Both the position numbers and the translations under genes were made by a program. Source: Candidatus Kapaibacterium sp. (lineage in GTDB: Bacteria; Bacteroidota; Ignavibacteria; Kapaibacteriales; UBA2268). From it: DNA of 64,000 bases. Where the stretch lies: NCBI GenBank assembly GCA_963665665.1, contig OY762428.1, positions 3,968,001 to 4,032,000 of the forward strand, given 5' to 3'. The stretch's first letter is position 1. Every line of letters starts with the position of its first letter. A model generated the notes under the pieces. It had not been told where the DNA came from, made no database searches, and was given only the letters and a program-made list of their open reading frames with translations. This document shows positions 60,986 to 64,000 of this stretch, piece by piece.

Positions 60986-61675
60986 ATGAGATTTTTAATA
61001 CTTTTTGTTGTAGCTGTTTTGTCAATTTCTTTTCAGTCTTGTGGGATATCCGGAAATATGACAAGGTCATCAGATATGATACAATTTCAGGGTCGAACTG
61101 CTGTACTAATTGGTGATTACGACCTGGGCAATCTGCCTGATGTTAAGAATGATATTAGAGAATTAAATAGAATTTTACTTAATGCTCTTAAGAGAAATGG
61201 TGTTAATGTAAAAATTACTGATATTAATTCAATTGGCGTATATGATCGTTCTAAGTTGAAGGAAATATGTGAACTCCTTAATATTGACCTTTTGATATTA
61301 CCGTCTTACAATGTTTATGATTCATGGCGGGAATATGTAATCGTTTCAACAAAAAAAGAAGCTGTTAATCTGGAACTGCTTTTTTATGATAATAAGACAG
61401 AAAAGATTGAAGGGCGTATCTTTTGTACCGGAGAATATTTCAGATCCCAGAGGCAAATATTTCTTCTTGGAGGATTAACTACATTTGCAGTTGCAAGCCA
61501 AAAGGATGATGATAAAGAAAAAATTTTAACTTATGGTCTTATCGGATCTGCTGTGATTGAATTTATTAATCATATAGTTACCAGCAGCCCGGATTATCAA
61601 AATACTTTCGAATTTACAATTAACAGGGCAATTGACCATGCTTTTAGAACTGTCCGTTTAAAGGTGGATTATTGA
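60986..61675 (+). CDS. Hypothetical lipoprotein
   Basis: ATG 60986 gives MRFLILFVVAVLSISFQSC with a lipobox; the upstream ATG at 60869 lies inside repeat P. Confidence 0.75.
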   Translation: MRFLILFVVAVLSISFQSCGISGNMTRSSDMIQFQGRTAVLIGDYDLGNLPDVKNDIRELNRILLNALKRNGVNVKITDINSIGVYDRSKLKEICELLNIDLLILPSYNVYDSWREYVIVSTKKEAVNLELLFYDNKTEKIEGRIFCTGEYFRSQRQIFLLGGLTTFAVASQKDDDKEKILTYGLIGSAVIEFINHIVTSSPDYQNTFEFTINRAIDHAFRTVRLKVDY

Positions 61676-61676
61676 T

Positions 61677-61982
61677 ATGAAAACCAATCACTTAATAATT
61701 ATCAAAATCCTTCTTGCAATCTTATTTCTGATATGTCTGCTTAACATGCCTTATGGCTATTTCCAATTAGTCAGGTATCTGGGTATGGTTGGTTTCGGGA
61801 TTTTAGCCTATAAGCAATATCAGAAGAACCTGGGATGGTTTATAATGTGGCTGGCATCAGCAATCCTGATTAATCCAATAATTAAAATCTCTCTTGGAAG
61901 ATTGATTTGGAATATTGTTGATGTTATTTGGGCCGTAATTCTGTTACTTTCAATATTTCTTGAGAAATATGATACTGATTAA
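61677..61982 (+). CDS. DUF6804-like small membrane protein
   Basis: MPYGYFQLVR, LINPIIKI and WNIVD motifs. Confidence 0.75.
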   Translation: MKTNHLIIIKILLAILFLICLLNMPYGYFQLVRYLGMVGFGILAYKQYQKNLGWFIMWLASAILINPIIKISLGRLIWNIVDVIWAVILLLSIFLEKYDTD

Positions 61983-62119
61983 CCCTTGACTCTCTCATCA
62001 AAATTTGCGATATTGGGAATTGAATGCTCGCGGGGGAGTATTCCGGCAATGGCAGAGCGAAGGGTAGAAAAAATTTAATCAAAGCGGCAGTCTAAGTTGA
62101 CTGGTGTTTTTCGTGGTTT
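61983..62119 (+). repeat. Repeat family P, copy 2, upstream of hsdM
   Basis: Direct repeat 1155 bp from copy 1; CCCTTG retained at the same spacing. Confidence 0.92.
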
Positions 62120-62163
62120 ATTTTTTTGTAATTTGGGAAATTATTGAATTTTAAACAGGACAA

Positions 62164-63624
62164 ATGATGTTTGAGCAGACTTTTAAAAATATTGACGATA
62201 TATTATATAAGGACAGCGGCGCAGATAGCGAACTGGATTATATAGGCCAGACTTCCTGGATACTTTTCCTGAAATACCTTGATAACCTGGAAAAGGATAA
62301 ATCCGACAAAGCTGAACTTCGTGGCGAAGATTACAACTATATTCTTGCCGATGAATTTCGCTGGCCAGCATGGGCCATGCCGAAAGATAAGGACGGCAAA
62401 AAGGATCATAATAAAGCCCTGACAGGCCCCGACCTGGTGCAGTTTGTTGATGGGAAGCTCTTTCCATACCTGGCAGGATTTAAGCAGCAGCACAATGATA
62501 AACCGCAAACCATTGAATATAAGATCGGTGAAATATTTTCCGAGTTGAAGAACAAAATCCAGAGCGGCTATAACCTTCGGGAAATTATTGAATATATCGA
62601 TCCTCTGGAATTCCGCACGCAAAAGGATAAACACGAGCTGAGCCACCTGTACGAAAGTAAAATTAAGAACATGGGTAATGCCGGGCGTAACGGCGGGCAA
62701 TACTACACCCCAAGACCGCTTATCCGCGCAATGATTAAGATCATCAAACCGCAGATTGGCGAAAAAGTTTATGACGCTGCCGCAGGCTCCTGCGGATTTC
62801 TTTGCGAAGCTCATGATTATATCTACGGCAGTATGAAGAAAAATACTGCCAACCTGAATACATTGCAGTCCGATACTTTTTACGGCAAGGAGAAAAAGAA
62901 CCTTGCCTACGTTATTGGCATAATGAATATGATACTGCACGGAATTGAAGCTCCCAACCTGATCCATACCAATACGCTGGGCGAGGACATAAGAGGAATC
63001 CAGGAGAAAGACCGCTATCATGTTATATTGGCAAACCCGCCATTTGGTGGCAAGGAAAGAAAGGAAGTTCAGCAGAATTTCGATATTAAAACAGGCGAAA
63101 CTGCTTTTCTATTCCTTCAGCATTTTATTAAAAGCCTTAAGGCCGGGGGCCGCGCCGCTATAGTAATAAAGAACACATTCCTGAGCAACACGGACAATGC
63201 CTCGATCAGTTTGCGTAAACACCTGCTGGAAAGCTGCAACCTGCATACAATCCTTGATATGCCGCAGGGAACATTCCTCGGGGCCGGAGTGAAAACCGTT
63301 GTGCTTTTCTTCCGCAAGGGCGAGCCTACGAAAAGCACATGGTATTACCAGCTTGATCCCGGCCGCAGCCTTGGTAAAACAAATCCGCTTAATGACGCAG
63401 ACCTGGAGGAATTTGTTGAATTGCAGGAGAAAAAGCCGGAAACGGAAAAAAGCTGGAACCTGAAATTTACTGATGTAAACCCGGATACTTTTGACCTTTC
63501 CGTGAAGAACCCGAACACACCCGAGGAAGCCCCGCTGCGAAGCCCTGCCGAAATACTGAAGGAAATGGAAGAGCTTGACGCGGAAACAAAAGCCGTGCTA
63601 TCATCGATCAGGGAGCTGGTATGA
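62164..63624 (+). CDS. hsdM: Type I restriction-modification methyltransferase subunit
   Basis: GQYYTPR, YDAAAGSCGFL and ANPPFGG motifs. Confidence 0.93.
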   Translation: MMFEQTFKNIDDILYKDSGADSELDYIGQTSWILFLKYLDNLEKDKSDKAELRGEDYNYILADEFRWPAWAMPKDKDGKKDHNKALTGPDLVQFVDGKLFPYLAGFKQQHNDKPQTIEYKIGEIFSELKNKIQSGYNLREIIEYIDPLEFRTQKDKHELSHLYESKIKNMGNAGRNGGQYYTPRPLIRAMIKIIKPQIGEKVYDAAAGSCGFLCEAHDYIYGSMKKNTANLNTLQSDTFYGKEKKNLAYVIGIMNMILHGIEAPNLIHTNTLGEDIRGIQEKDRYHVILANPPFGGKERKEVQQNFDIKTGETAFLFLQHFIKSLKAGGRAAIVIKNTFLSNTDNASISLRKHLLESCNLHTILDMPQGTFLGAGVKTVVLFFRKGEPTKSTWYYQLDPGRSLGKTNPLNDADLEEFVELQEKKPETEKSWNLKFTDVNPDTFDLSVKNPNTPEEAPLRSPAEILKEMEELDAETKAVLSSIRELV

Positions 63625-63661
63625 ACGAAAGAATTAAAGAAAACCTGAAAAAGATAAAAAT

Positions 63662-64000
63662 ATGAAAATTGATTTTAATGAACTGGTAGGGAACATACTT
63701 AGTACTGATTCCGGTTTTCGCAACCATGCTGTCAAATCTGTTGATAAATTGATGACATTACGGAACTGGCTTATTGGCGCTTATATTTTTGAATATGAAC
63801 AGAACGGCGCTGATAAGGCTGAATACGGAAGCAAACTGGAAGAGAATATTGCCGTGAAAATAGACCGGAAAGGGCTTTCTGCAAGAAACTTAAAGCTATT
63901 CAAACAGTTCTATATTACTTATCCACAGATTATGCAGACAGTGTCTGCGTTATCTGAAATCAGCCCGGAAACGGTGCAGACAGTGTCTGCATTATTGCCC
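63662..64000 (+). CDS. DUF1016 (YhcG) family protein, runs off the window
   Basis: Manual translation MKIDFNELV...RNWLIGAYIFEYEQNGADKAEYG...SARNLKLFKQFY. Confidence 0.88.
   Translation, partial: MKIDFNELVGNILSTDSGFRNHAVKSVDKLMTLRNWLIGAYIFEYEQNGADKAEYGSKLEENIAVKIDRKGLSARNLKLFKQFYITYPQIMQTVSALSEISPETVQTVSALLP

Larger units (their letters stand above)
52995..64000. mobile_element. tRNA-Arg-integrated genomic island (right end outside window)
   Basis: Tyrosine integrase next to tRNA 3' end, arm-type repeats, AT-rich orphan cargo, hsdM and DUF1016; second att copy not seen. Confidence 0.82.

Noticed and set aside
53159-62119. Classical integron with attC cassettes
   Set aside because: No RYYYAAC...GTTRRRY attC hairpins recognised; the integrase is tRNA-linked and phage-type.
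62183-63338. Long antisense ORFs over hsdM (and similar ones over ppdK, purH, glyA)
   Set aside because: Shadow ORFs opposite well-supported genes, with no recognisable motifs.
63934-63990. Two GCAGACAGTGTCTGC palindromes 42 bp apart
   Set aside because: They encode the repeated QTVSAL linker typical of DUF1016 proteins; no evidence of a separate element.

Overview
AT-rich bacterial chromosome segment, probably from the FCB group (Kapabacteria/Ignavibacteria-like). This is inferred from the T9SS C-terminal sorting domains, TTG-N20-TAnnTTTG promoters and gene content. Positions 1-52.9 kb are mostly housekeeping genes (ppdK, hslO, purH, folC, glyA, mpg, gdhA, waaA, mgtE, rpsT, transporters, two sensor kinases). 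Accessory patches within this stretch: two related 21-bp tandem arrays (88-360 and 26235-26692), two small upstream ORFs before a MATE pump, a Cys-rich secreted protein heading an operon with three mosaic T9SS paralogs at an exact 1506-bp period, an NhaC fused to a degenerate acetolactate-decarboxylase-like domain, and an AAA-ATPase/RloB pair. From tRNA-Arg(ACG) at 52921 to the window end lies a tyrosine-integrase island. Its cargo (MORN-aspartyl protease, HEPN-like protein, lipoprotein, HsdM, DUF1016) is partitioned by two families of repeated promoter/short-RNA/terminator modules. All calls were made by eye from the sequence and ORF track; no database searches were run.
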